A stretch of 64,000 bases of DNA from Candidatus Multivoradales bacterium (GCA_965223325.1 CBDCWI010000002.1:512001-576000), one strand, 5' to 3'. Positions 1 to 9,005 are shown, counted from the stretch's first letter. Notes: generated by a model not told the origin, from the sequence alone. Made by a program: numbers and translations.

Positions 1-536
1 TATGAGTACCCGAGAAAGTCTTCCTCGTAGATCGCATCCAACACCGAGACGACGGCGCGCTGAAGGATCTTGTCCTCCAACGTGGCGATGCCAAGCGGTC
101 GGAACCGCCCATCCGATTTCTCGATGTAGACGCGACGAGTCGCACTCGCCCGGTAGCTCCCACGGTGGACACGAGAGTGCAGGTCCTCGAGATTGCTCAG
201 CAAAGATTCTGCGTACTCGCTCCATGACACTCCGTCCACTCCTGCCGCTGCGTCTCGGTGCAACACGTCAAATGCGCTCCGGAGTCGCTCGACCGTGATG
301 TGGTGAAGAAGCGCTGTGAACTTCACTTCCTTGCCCCTGCGGGCGGCTTCTCGTACACGGCCCAGCGCATTGCTCGCACTCTCCATCCGGCTCTGTGTCC
401 GGGGTGCGTTTTGCTTGCCCGTGTTCCCCTTGGCCAGGCCCCTTCCCTCCACCGCCTCCGCCGCTGGTCTCCCACCGTTGTTCGACGACTTCGCAGGTAC
501 TACGGGCCTGTCTGACTTCCGCCATCCGTGCGTCAT
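1..536 (-). CDS. ltrA: Group II intron reverse transcriptase/maturase, N-terminal part (runs off window; alternative start ATG at 386)
   Basis: Manual translation (missing from the ORF track because there is no stop): ...ALGRVREAARRGKEVKFTALLHHITVERL...AAGVDGVSW...RRVYIEKSDGRFRPLGIATLEDKILQRAV...IYEEDFLGYS, matching RT0-RT2 motifs. Confidence 0.93.
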   Translation of the reverse strand, partial: MTHGWRKSDRPVVPAKSSNNGGRPAAEAVEGRGLAKGNTGKQNAPRTQSRMESASNALGRVREAARRGKEVKFTALLHHITVERLRSAFDVLHRDAAAGVDGVSWSEYAESLLSNLEDLHSRVHRGSYRASATRRVYIEKSDGRFRPLGIATLEDKILQRAVVSVLDAIYEEDFLGYS

Positions 537-891
537 CGGCTTACGGCCTCTAGCCTTCCCGATGCGGACCAGATACCCAACTGGCCAGATCGCGGATCTC
601 CCGGTTCTCGCGCATGGAGATTCCACACATGCACAGGGTCTACGACCGCGGGGAGTCGCCGCAGAGCTCGCGATAGCGCGCTACGGAGTCTCGCCTTCCG
701 CTTCGCTTGACAGCGTCGGCACTCCCAAATTCTTATTTCGCGGCTCAATACCCGGCCTGTGTGTGCCCCTGTCAACGCTTCACCGCACCCTCGCGGGAGC
801 CGGCGCATGACTCGGGGACCCTCTGGGTCGCTACCCCTTCGAGGGTGGGACTCTCTCATTCCTTTCTCCATGCCGGTTTATCCCGGCGTAT
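1..891 (-). mobile_element. Group II intron, 5' portion (domains I-IV; 3' end outside window), probably bacterial class E-like
   Basis: Minus strand reads ATACGCCGGGATAAACCGGCA from 891, followed by domain I-like sequence and an RT ORF. Candidate EBS1 loop UCAAGCG (704-710, closed by the stem 699-702/712-715) pairs with the flanking exon CGCTTGG (898-892), which fixes the boundary. The class call is inferred from the RT N-terminus. Confidence 0.88.
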
Positions 892-1526
892 CCAAGCGGT
901 CCACGGCGCGGGCCGTCTTCAACGGCATCCGCCCTGCACATGCAACCGGGTTCTGCACCACGTCTTGCGCGCGCCTTCTCACTTCGCCGCCACCGGAGCT
1001 CTAGGAAGACCGGAGGAGAGAAAGGCGACGCCGCCGTTTTCGGCCACTTTCAGGTTTTCTGGCAGCGATTCGCTGTACTACCGGAGCGTCTGCGAACGGC
1101 CAGCAACACGTCGTTACCACATCGATCCCTACTGGTCTTCTCCCCCCTTGGGTCCCCCGGAGGGGGAAAAAGGCGCAAGCGGTCCACGGCGCGGGCCGTC
1201 TTCAACGGCATCCGCCCTGCACATGCGACCGGGTACTGCACCACGTCTTGCGCGCGCCTTCTCACTTCGCCGCCACCGGAGCTCTGGGAAGACCGGAGGA
1301 GAGAAAGGCGACGCGGCCGTTTTCGGCCACTTTCAGGTTTTCTGGCAGCGATTCGCTGTACTACCGGAGCGTCTGCGAACGGCCAGCAACACGTCGTTAC
1401 CACATCGATCCCTACCGGTCTTCTCCCCCCTTGGGTCCGTACACAGGTCCGCCGGAGGGGGAAAGAGGCGCAGGCGGTCTAGTTCGCGGGCCGTCTTCTC
1501 CGACACCCGCCCTGCACTTCGCGACC
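892..1526. repeat. Tandem repeat: unit 1 ~892-1175, unit 2 1176-1470, diverged partial unit 3 from 1471
   Basis: CAAGCGGTCCACGGCGCGGGCCGTCTTCAACGGCATCCGCCCTGCACATGC occurs at 893 and 1176 and the two units are near-identical. Each ends in a TCCCCC..GGGGGA hairpin. Unit 3 starts CAGGCGGTCT. Confidence 0.92.
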
Positions 1527-1632
1527 GACCACTTCGCCACCCCAGGCGTGCGGCGTCTCACGCCCACGACACAGAATCTCTGAGACGGTTCTCCGCGCGA
1601 GCTGGGGCGGCAGACCGTTATAGAATCGAGCC

Positions 1633-1863
1633 ATGCCAAGACTGTACAAACAAGACACCGGCGAGACGCTCGGTGAGCTCACCCAGGCCCAGCTTCAGTT
1701 CCTCATCGACCAGCTCGAAGAAGAAAGCGAAGACGACCAGGACTACTACATCAACCGCCCGATGCTCGAGATTCTCGCCGAAGGGGGATGCGATCCGGCA
1801 CTCCTCGAAATGCTCACCAGGGCGCTCGGTGAGGCAGCCGGCGTGGATGTCGCCTGGGAGTAG
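1633..1863 (+). CDS. Small acidic conserved hypothetical protein (76 aa)
   Basis: Compact ORF with QLQFLIDQLEEESEDDQDYYI; TAGAAT -10-like hexamer 6 nt upstream of the ATG. Confidence 0.8.
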   Translation: MPRLYKQDTGETLGELTQAQLQFLIDQLEEESEDDQDYYINRPMLEILAEGGCDPALLEMLTRALGEAAGVDVAWE

Positions 1864-2153
1864 ATTCCCCTGACCTCGACTGAGCGCCGCCCAACCTGCC
1901 GAACGCCAGCAGCGGGACCGGTCGCTTCCGAGCCTCATAGGGCTTCGCGCACGGACTGCGTCAGGCATCCCGATTGACCTACTGAGTTGGCGATTCGTGC
2001 TGGCCTATAGTTTTGCCAGTTTTTGTAGCTAAATAGTGCTATGCTGCAGTTCCGCTGGGCCGACCCTCGTTGGCTCCCGGATCCCCTCCTTCTCAGGCGT
2101 CGCGCAAGCCGACGCTCCCTCCTCTCTTTACCGCACTGAGGGCACTCCTTCTC

Positions 2154-2552
2154 ATGTCTCGCAGCAACGGATCCAAAGCAGCCAAAGCCCCCGAGCCCAG
2201 TCAACTCGAAGCGGTCCGCGACCTTCTCTTCGGAGAAACGGCGCGCAGTATCGAAGATCGGCTCGAAGACGTCTCGGGCGACTTCAAAGCCCGCATCGCA
2301 GCACTCGAGGAACGCCTTGTTTCGGCGATCGAACGCGAGCAGGAAGCGCGCGAGGCGGACGTTTCGGACCTCCGGCGCGAGCTCGCGGCCCAGAAGAAGG
2401 ACTGGAACGCCCAGCTGAAGCAGGTGGTCAAGCAGTTCGAAATCGAGGTCACTGAGCTCGATCAGAAGAAGGCCAACCGCCACGCGGTGGCCGACGCTCT
2501 CGAACAGGTTGCCACCTCGCTGCGAGGTAAGCCTGCGAGCAAGAAGGCCTGA
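2154..2552 (+). CDS. Coiled-coil protein, first gene of the small-GTPase operon
   Basis: LEAVRDLLFGE N-terminal motif followed by a heptad-rich helical region; start placed at ATG 2154. Confidence 0.8.
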   Translation: MSRSNGSKAAKAPEPSQLEAVRDLLFGETARSIEDRLEDVSGDFKARIAALEERLVSAIEREQEAREADVSDLRRELAAQKKDWNAQLKQVVKQFEIEVTELDQKKANRHAVADALEQVATSLRGKPASKKA

Positions 2553-2567
2553 TCGGCTCCAGGACCA

Positions 2568-4322
2568 GTGCTTCAGGAGTCGCCAGCTCGGTCACACGAC
2601 CCGGCCGAACCCTCGCTCGAAGACGACCAGCAGGTTCTCGATCGTGTCAGGCACCTGCTGGTCGGCCTGGATCCCACTGAGCTCGACTCCCTGCGCCAGA
2701 CGGTCGAGGACCCCCTCGCCTTCCGCCGGCATCTCGCCCAGCACCTGGCGGGTGCCCTGGGCGACCTCCCCGACGATCGCGAGTTCACCGAGGCGGCCTT
2801 CGGGCTCTTGCACGAGAAGCTCTGGGATGAGATCGAGGAGAATCCCGATCGCCTCGGCGAGGTCGTGGGACCGGCACTCGGCCCAGCGATTGCCAAGGCC
2901 GTCCGGCTGACGGTCGATGGTTTCATCGAACGCGTAGACCAGGTCGTGCAAACGGGCCTTTCCCCGCGCGCCCTCGGCTGGCGAATCGAAGCCTGGCGCA
3001 CCGGCACTCCCTTCGCCGACATCGTGATCCGCAAGACCATGCGCTCCAAGGTCGAGCAGGTGCTCATCATCCACCGCGAGACCGGGCTCCTCCTACAGTC
3101 GATCGGTGAGGCAGACGCAGACCCCAGCCTGGTCTCTGGAATGTTGACCGCACTCAGGGACTTCGCCGCGGACGCCTTTGATACCCAGGAGAGCGACGGG
3201 CTCGACCGCATGCGAGTCGGTGACTTCACGCTATGGATCGAAGACGGAAAGCACGCCGTCATCGCCGCCGCCCTGCGCGGCGAGCCGCAGGTCGCTCTGC
3301 GCGAGGCCATGCGCTCTGCTCTCGCCGCGTTCGAAACCCAACACCGCGCCGCGCTGGTCAACTTCGACGGTGACACAGCCCCCTTCGAAAGCGCCTTCCC
3401 GGCCGCCACCGCCCTCCTTGGCGTGCACGGCGCAGTGAAAGACACAGAGCACCGAGGGACGCGTCGCATGGTCGCGGCGGTCCTGGTGCTCTTGACCGCG
3501 CTGATCGTCATCGCTGCCTTCTTCAACCATCGAGCCAAAGCGCGCTTTCTCGCCGCCGCCGAGCGGCTGGCTGCCACCCCTGGCATCGTCGTCACGGCTG
3601 CTGACTGGGATCGACGCACGATCGAAGGGCTGCGCGACCCGAGCGCCCTCGAGCCTCGGACGCTCCTCGGCGACGCGGAAGAGGGCGACGAGCCGAAGCT
3701 TTCTTTCTCACCATATTTCTCGCTCGAGCCCGAACTGCTTCTCAGGCGCGCAAAGCGCGTCCTCGCACCACCGGCAACCATCGAGCTGAGCTGGGCCGAC
3801 GAGAAGACCTTGCGCGTCCGTGGGACGGCAGACGCCGAGTTCGGGCGCCGACTGAGCGAAGAGACCGCTGCGCTGTTCGCTGGGCTCGGTGACCCAGTGA
3901 CCCTCGATCGCTCAGAGCTCGTCATCGCAGAAGAGCGAGATCTCGCGGATGCCGTCGCGGCGCTACCTTCGCTATCGATCGGTTTCGTCTTCGGAACTCT
4001 CGAGCCGCTCACCGAGCACAACCTCGACGCGCTCGATCGTAGTCTCTCCCGTATTCAGGAGCTCGCGCGCGGCATCTACGGTCGGCCCGGCGCCCTGCGG
4101 GCCATTGGCCTCGCCGCCTGGGAGGTTCAGGATCTGGACCAACCGCTATCCGCCGAGCGTTTCGAGTGGATTCGTTCCCGGGTCGACACACAGCTTCCGG
4201 AAGCGATCTTCGAGATCCGCGAAGACGGTCTCCCGCCCTCTGCCATTGCCTGTACCACCGACTGTGAACCCACACCCGGCATCCTCTTCGAGTGGCATCC
4301 GCCGCCCTCGGAACCCCAATGA
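2568..4322 (+). CDS. Single-pass membrane protein: cytoplasmic helical and longin/roadblock-like region, periplasmic degenerate OmpA/MotB-like C-terminus
   Basis: IIHRETGLLL...LVSGMLTALRDF segment; TM helix MVAAVLVLLTALIVIAAFF (~3468-3527); C-terminal ..F..GT..L...LSAER. Stop overlaps the next ATG (ATGA). Confidence 0.75.
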   Translation: MLQESPARSHDPAEPSLEDDQQVLDRVRHLLVGLDPTELDSLRQTVEDPLAFRRHLAQHLAGALGDLPDDREFTEAAFGLLHEKLWDEIEENPDRLGEVVGPALGPAIAKAVRLTVDGFIERVDQVVQTGLSPRALGWRIEAWRTGTPFADIVIRKTMRSKVEQVLIIHRETGLLLQSIGEADADPSLVSGMLTALRDFAADAFDTQESDGLDRMRVGDFTLWIEDGKHAVIAAALRGEPQVALREAMRSALAAFETQHRAALVNFDGDTAPFESAFPAATALLGVHGAVKDTEHRGTRRMVAAVLVLLTALIVIAAFFNHRAKARFLAAAERLAATPGIVVTAADWDRRTIEGLRDPSALEPRTLLGDAEEGDEPKLSFSPYFSLEPELLLRRAKRVLAPPATIELSWADEKTLRVRGTADAEFGRRLSEETAALFAGLGDPVTLDRSELVIAEERDLADAVAALPSLSIGFVFGTLEPLTEHNLDALDRSLSRIQELARGIYGRPGALRAIGLAAWEVQDLDQPLSAERFEWIRSRVDTQLPEAIFEIREDGLPPSAIACTTDCEPTPGILFEWHPPPSEPQ

Positions 4323-4837
4323 CCGCAGTCAAACGACACAAGGTGGTGATGATTGGGGTCCCCGCGGTGGGCAAGACCTCGCTCGTGCGCCGCTTCGTCG
4401 AGGGCACCTTCTCGGAACGCTACCAGTCGACGATTGGCGTGCGCATCGATAAACGTGTCGTTGAGCGACCCGAGGGAACCCACGAGCTGGTCATCTGGGA
4501 TCTCTTCGGCCCCGACGAGTTCGCCGGTATTCGGCCGAGCCACCTGCGCGGGGTATCGGGTTACCTGCTGGTCGCCGACGGCACGCAACCTTCAACGCTG
4601 CGCCGTGCCCTCGAACTGCAAAGCTGGGTGCATCTCGAGACCGACGGAGTGCCGTTTGTTCTTCTGCTCAACAAGGCCGATCTGGTCGACGACTGGGCGG
4701 TCGACGACTCCTTCGCACACTCGCTGGCAGAACTCACCTGCGAAACCATCAAAACCAGCGCAAAGACCGGCGAAGGTGTGGCGGAATCGTTCGATGCTCT
4801 GGTCCAACTGATGGGCGCGGTGAGACAGGCGTCGTGA
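4319..4837 (+). CDS. Rab/Ras-like small GTPase (Rup/Miro-like)
   Basis: G1 GVPAVGKTS, G2 STIG, G3 WDLFG, G4 NKAD, G5 TSAK; translationally coupled to both neighbours. Confidence 0.93.
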   Translation: MTAVKRHKVVMIGVPAVGKTSLVRRFVEGTFSERYQSTIGVRIDKRVVERPEGTHELVIWDLFGPDEFAGIRPSHLRGVSGYLLVADGTQPSTLRRALELQSWVHLETDGVPFVLLLNKADLVDDWAVDDSFAHSLAELTCETIKTSAKTGEGVAESFDALVQLMGAVRQAS

Positions 4838-6957
4838 AAGAGCGCCAGGCTCAGGCACTCGAAGCGTCTCTCTTCCTCGAGCGAGTCAGTGCCCATCACT
4901 ATCGACTGCCGGAGTCGATACCCGGCTGGGCCAAGCCGCTGCTCTCGGAGGGCGAGCTGCACCGGTCCGGCGAAGGAACGACTCTCGAGCTCTGTGAACC
5001 GACCAGTTTCATGGGTGCCTTCGCGAGCGAGATCGAAGAACACTGGCGGGAATCAAACGCGCCACTCGGCTCTGGGGTAGTGACCTTCAAGCAAGACCTG
5101 GGCGCGGAGGTCTATCTCGAACTGCGCGCACTCACCATCGGCAGCACCCGAGTGCTCGCCGTCGAACACATCGGCAGTAGCTACGCGGAAGCCCTGGGGG
5201 CCGCCACGGCCGGCCCACGTGCTCTCGTCAACCTCGCCCACCGCGTTCGCCACCTCGTCTTTCGACCGCGCGAGGACGAGGGCAGAACGCCGCGAGACCT
5301 CACTTTAGACCTCGATCCCGACGGTGTACCGACGGCCCTTCGCCCGCCCGGGTTCCTCGGAATCGATTTCCCGGCCACGCCGTGCGCGGACAATCCTCTG
5401 ACACGGCTACCTGCCGACTTGCGTACGCAGATCGAGCGGCACCGCCTGAAGGTTCTCGAGCACAATCAGGAGAAGGACTTTCAGTACCGGTTCCCAAACG
5501 ACCATGCCGAGCGCGGAACGCTCTACCGCCTTCTGATCGAACCGGTCGGAGACGGTGCGACGCGCCTCTTTGCCCTCGACATCACCTCTCACCACGAAGC
5601 CTTCGCCCGGGCACTGATGGCCCACGACACCGACCCGGTCACCGGGCTACCCAATCGCAACGGCATGACCCGCCGCATCGCGACGGCCATCGGTCGCAGT
5701 TCCGTCGTTTCGAAAAGCTACTGCGGCGTTCTGTTCATCGATCTCGACGGCTTCAAGGAAGTCAACGACACTCATGGCCACAAGATTGGCGACCTTCTGT
5801 TGGTGCGCGTGGCCGAGAGAATTGCCGACATCACCCGCTCCGTCGACATGGTGAGCCGCTGGGGAGGTGACGAGTTCGTCGTCCTCGTCGAAGGCCTGCA
5901 TTCCGACCGGGACGCGGCGACCGTTGCCGGCAAGATCGTGCATGCGATCGCGCAACCAATCGAAATCGAGGGGACGCAGTTCGAAGTCTCGGCCAGCGTT
6001 GGCGTCGCGGTAGCACCGGCCGACGGCGAAGACGTCGACTCTCTGCTCTCGAAGGCGGACGGTGCGATGTACAAGGCCAAGGCCAGCGGCGGACGGCGCT
6101 ACCGTCTGGCAAGTCAAGTGGAGGAGAGCCTCCTCGCCCATCGCGAGAAGGTTCGCGCTTCGTTGGTCGATGCCCTGCGCAAGAAGCAGATGACCCTCCG
6201 CCTGTGGCCACAAGGAGCGGCCACCGAAGAAGTCCTGGGCTTCGAGGTCGTCCCTTACTGGTTGCATCCAGAGCGCGGACCGATCAACCCTGCTCTGCTC
6301 TTGCGCAGCGTCAGTCGATCGCGGGACCCTCTGCATGAGGTCTCGATCTGGGCTCTTGAACGGACCGTCGCGATGCTCGAGCGGGCCGACATCAGCCTCG
6401 CTTCAGGAAGCGGCGACTTCATTTGTAGCCTGGCGCTCGGAACCGAGACTCTCGGAACTGCCTCCGCCCTGGAGAAGGTGATCGCAATCCTCGAACGCGC
6501 TCCAGACGCCCGACGCCGTCTCGAGTTCATGCTTCCTGAATCAGTCCTCGAGCTCCACGACGCACCGGTCGTCGTCGGAAGGCTGCGCGCCGCTGGAGTG
6601 CGCCTGGCCCTGGTTCTCGCCGGAAGTCGCGGTCTCGAACCCGAGTTTCTCGCCAATGCCGGCTTTTCGCGCTTCGTGGTCCACGACTCTCTGACTGAGA
6701 CGGTTCTCAAAGAACCCAAAGCGCGCGCGATCGCAGCCGGGCTCGGCGGCGTCGCCCGCGGCCTGGGTCTCGAGGTCTTGGCCCGTGGCGTCGACAGCCA
6801 GAAGCAGCTCGAGGCGATGGCCGACTGCGGCTGCACGCACTTCCAGGGCTGTCGCACGGGTCATCCGCTGTCCATCGAAGAGGTCCTCGGACGCGAGGCT
6901 CAGCTCGCGGCGGATCAGCTGTTGAACGACCCCCTGCCGAGCGACTCGAACAGCTGA
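4834..6957 (+). CDS. Diguanylate cyclase (GGDEF) with N-terminal PAS-like input region and degenerate EAL domain
   Basis: DPVTGLPNR, FIDLDGFKEVND, RSVD I-site and RWGGDEF. EAL motifs are altered (EVV; LVLAGS in place of DDFGTG; ARGVD in place of AEGVE). GTGA overlap with the GTPase stop. Confidence 0.9.
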   Translation: MKERQAQALEASLFLERVSAHHYRLPESIPGWAKPLLSEGELHRSGEGTTLELCEPTSFMGAFASEIEEHWRESNAPLGSGVVTFKQDLGAEVYLELRALTIGSTRVLAVEHIGSSYAEALGAATAGPRALVNLAHRVRHLVFRPREDEGRTPRDLTLDLDPDGVPTALRPPGFLGIDFPATPCADNPLTRLPADLRTQIERHRLKVLEHNQEKDFQYRFPNDHAERGTLYRLLIEPVGDGATRLFALDITSHHEAFARALMAHDTDPVTGLPNRNGMTRRIATAIGRSSVVSKSYCGVLFIDLDGFKEVNDTHGHKIGDLLLVRVAERIADITRSVDMVSRWGGDEFVVLVEGLHSDRDAATVAGKIVHAIAQPIEIEGTQFEVSASVGVAVAPADGEDVDSLLSKADGAMYKAKASGGRRYRLASQVEESLLAHREKVRASLVDALRKKQMTLRLWPQGAATEEVLGFEVVPYWLHPERGPINPALLLRSVSRSRDPLHEVSIWALERTVAMLERADISLASGSGDFICSLALGTETLGTASALEKVIAILERAPDARRRLEFMLPESVLELHDAPVVVGRLRAAGVRLALVLAGSRGLEPEFLANAGFSRFVVHDSLTETVLKEPKARAIAAGLGGVARGLGLEVLARGVDSQKQLEAMADCGCTHFQGCRTGHPLSIEEVLGREAQLAADQLLNDPLPSDSNS

Positions 6958-7158
6958 ACAGCTGAGAAAGACGCCGGGTGATTGCTTGGATCCCCCGCTG
7001 CGGAGAGGGGTTCTCACGAACCCATCCGCGTCCTCGAACGTCCAACGCATGAGTTCCGAACCCGTGGTCCCTCGGCACCAGACCACCCATGCATGATGAA
7101 GTAGGGGAAACTTCTCTTTCATCGAACATCGAACATCGAACCAACTGGAGTGCAGCCT

Positions 7159-8037
7159 TTGAGCGATACGTCCTACACCCCACCCAGAGTCTGGACCTGG
7201 GACGCCGAGAGCGGCGGAGCTTTCGCCAACATCAACCGACCGATCGCCGGGCCGACGCACGAGAACGAACTCCCGGTTGGCAAGCATCCGCTGCAGCTCT
7301 ACTCGTTGGCTACACCCAACGGTGTCAAGGTCACCGTCATGCTCGAGGAACTGCTCGCCACCGGCCACAGCGGCGCCGAGTACGACGCCTTCCTGATCAA
7401 CATTCGCGAGGGTGACCAGTTCTCGAGCGGCTTCGTCTCGGTCAACCCCAACTCCAAGATCCCGGCACTCTTCGATCGCAGTACCGATCCGGCCACCCGC
7501 GTCTTCGAGTCGGGCGCGATTCTGCTCTACCTGGCCGAGAAGTTCGGCGCCTTCTTGCCCACCGACCATCACGCGCGCACCGAGTGCCTGTCGTGGTTGT
7601 TCTGGCAGATGGGCAGCGCCCCCTACCTGGGAGGCGGCTTTGGCCACTTCTATGCCTACGCCCCGGAGAAGTTCGAGTACCCGATCAACCGTTTCGCGAT
7701 GGAGGTCAAGCGCCAGCTCGACGTGCTCGACCGGCACCTCAAAGACAACGAGTACATGGCCGGCACAGAGTATTCGATCGCCGATATGGCGATCTGGCCG
7801 TGGTACGGCGCGCTGGTCAAGAACGCTGTCTACGAGGCGGCCGAGTTCCTCGACACGGCGAGTTATACCCACGTCGACCGCTGGACCGAGCAGATCGGAA
7901 TGCGCCCTGCAGTTCAGCGCGGTCGAATGGTCAACCGGGGTTGGGGGCCTCCTGAAGAACAACTGCCCGAGCGCCACGACGCCTCGGACTTCGAACACCG
8001 CACCGGAGACAAGCTCGCGGAGTCCTCCGAGAGCTGA
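7159..8037 (+). CDS. yghU: Glutathione-dependent disulfide-bond oxidoreductase (GST Nu class)
   Basis: YTPPRVWTW...FANINRPIAG, SLATPNGVK, NPNSKIP, FESGAIL; TTG start 8 nt after GGAG. Confidence 0.92.
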   Translation: MSDTSYTPPRVWTWDAESGGAFANINRPIAGPTHENELPVGKHPLQLYSLATPNGVKVTVMLEELLATGHSGAEYDAFLINIREGDQFSSGFVSVNPNSKIPALFDRSTDPATRVFESGAILLYLAEKFGAFLPTDHHARTECLSWLFWQMGSAPYLGGGFGHFYAYAPEKFEYPINRFAMEVKRQLDVLDRHLKDNEYMAGTEYSIADMAIWPWYGALVKNAVYEAAEFLDTASYTHVDRWTEQIGMRPAVQRGRMVNRGWGPPEEQLPERHDASDFEHRTGDKLAESSES

Positions 8038-8120
8038 GGGCCACCCCGCCCTTGGCTCGACAGGGTGCGGTGCGGTCTATCACGTGAGCCGAAAAAACAG
8101 AGATCTAGAGGGAGCCAAGC

Positions 8121-8990
8121 ATGAAGATCGGACTCATCCCCATCAACGTCGGGCAGAGCCACGTCGACCACATGGTCGGCCTCGCCCAGCATGCCGAGAA
8201 TGTCGGGTTCGAATCTGTCTGGACGTTCGAACACACCATCGTTCCCGTCGACTACGCCTCGCGTTACCCCTACGACGCCTCAGGAAAGATGGGCGCCGAG
8301 CCAGAGACCGCGTTCATCGACCCCCTCATCGCCCTTTCCGCGGTCGCTGCCAACACCGAGCGGCTGATCCTCGCTACCGGGGTCAACATCTTGCCGCAGG
8401 CCAACCCGATCTACCTGGCAAAGCAGGCGGCCAGTCTCGACTTCGTCTCCAACGGGCGCTTTCGGCTCGGCGTCGGGATCGGCTGGCTCAGGGAAGAGTT
8501 TCACGCCCTGGGCGTACCGTTCGAGCGCCGTGGCGCACGCTTCGACGACTACATTGGCGCGATGCAGAAGATCTGGGCAGGAGACGTCGTCGAACATCAG
8601 AGCGACTTTCTCGACTGGAGTGGCTGGAAGAGCTATCCCACCCCAGTGCAGGACCCGCTCCCGGTGATCATTGGGGGCTCGAAGGGCAAGGTGTTCCAAC
8701 GCATCGCCAAGTATGGGCAGGGTTGGTACGCCCCCGCCAATGATCCTGCTCAACTCGAGCCGCTGCTCGAGCCGCTCGACGCGGCGCTCGCTGACGAGGG
8801 GCGCAGCCGCGACACGCTCGAAATCTCGGCGATGTGGGTTCCGGCTGCTGGCGGACTCGATGTGGCGCGCGCCTTTGCGGATCTCGGGGTCGAGCGTCTT
8901 GTCATTCCTCTGATGACCCTTCTCGACGACCGAAACCCCGTCGAAGCGCTGTCGAAGTTCAGCGACGACTACCTGTCGAAACTGGCCTGA
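8121..8990 (+). CDS. Luciferase-like (LLM) oxidoreductase, probably F420- or flavin-dependent
   Basis: GFESVWTFEH, DPLIALSAVAANT, LAKQAASLDFVSNGRFRLGVGIGWLREEF. Confidence 0.88.
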   Translation: MKIGLIPINVGQSHVDHMVGLAQHAENVGFESVWTFEHTIVPVDYASRYPYDASGKMGAEPETAFIDPLIALSAVAANTERLILATGVNILPQANPIYLAKQAASLDFVSNGRFRLGVGIGWLREEFHALGVPFERRGARFDDYIGAMQKIWAGDVVEHQSDFLDWSGWKSYPTPVQDPLPVIIGGSKGKVFQRIAKYGQGWYAPANDPAQLEPLLEPLDAALADEGRSRDTLEISAMWVPAAGGLDVARAFADLGVERLVIPLMTLLDDRNPVEALSKFSDDYLSKLA

Positions 8991-9005
8991 GCCGAGGAGA
9001 AAAGG

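Noticed and set aside
1-536. Retron, DGR or defence-associated reverse transcriptase
   Set aside because: The RT0 region and the upstream domain I with a matching EBS1/IBS1 pair identify a group II intron.
892-1526. Possible CRISPR array or integron attC array
   Set aside because: Units are ~290 bp and near-identical, with no unique spacers or cassette ORFs, and no cas or intI gene is nearby.
707-1873. 388-aa and other ORFs over the intron RNA and tandem repeat
   Set aside because: They translate intron structure and repeat units, are low-complexity Arg/Pro/Ser-rich and show no family motifs.
7121-7141. ATCGAAC x3 tandem upstream of yghU
   Set aside because: Short slippage-type repeat with no evidence of function.
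6541-7998. 485-aa minus-strand ORF
   Set aside because: Antisense shadow of yghU and the cyclase, as expected from high-GC codon bias.
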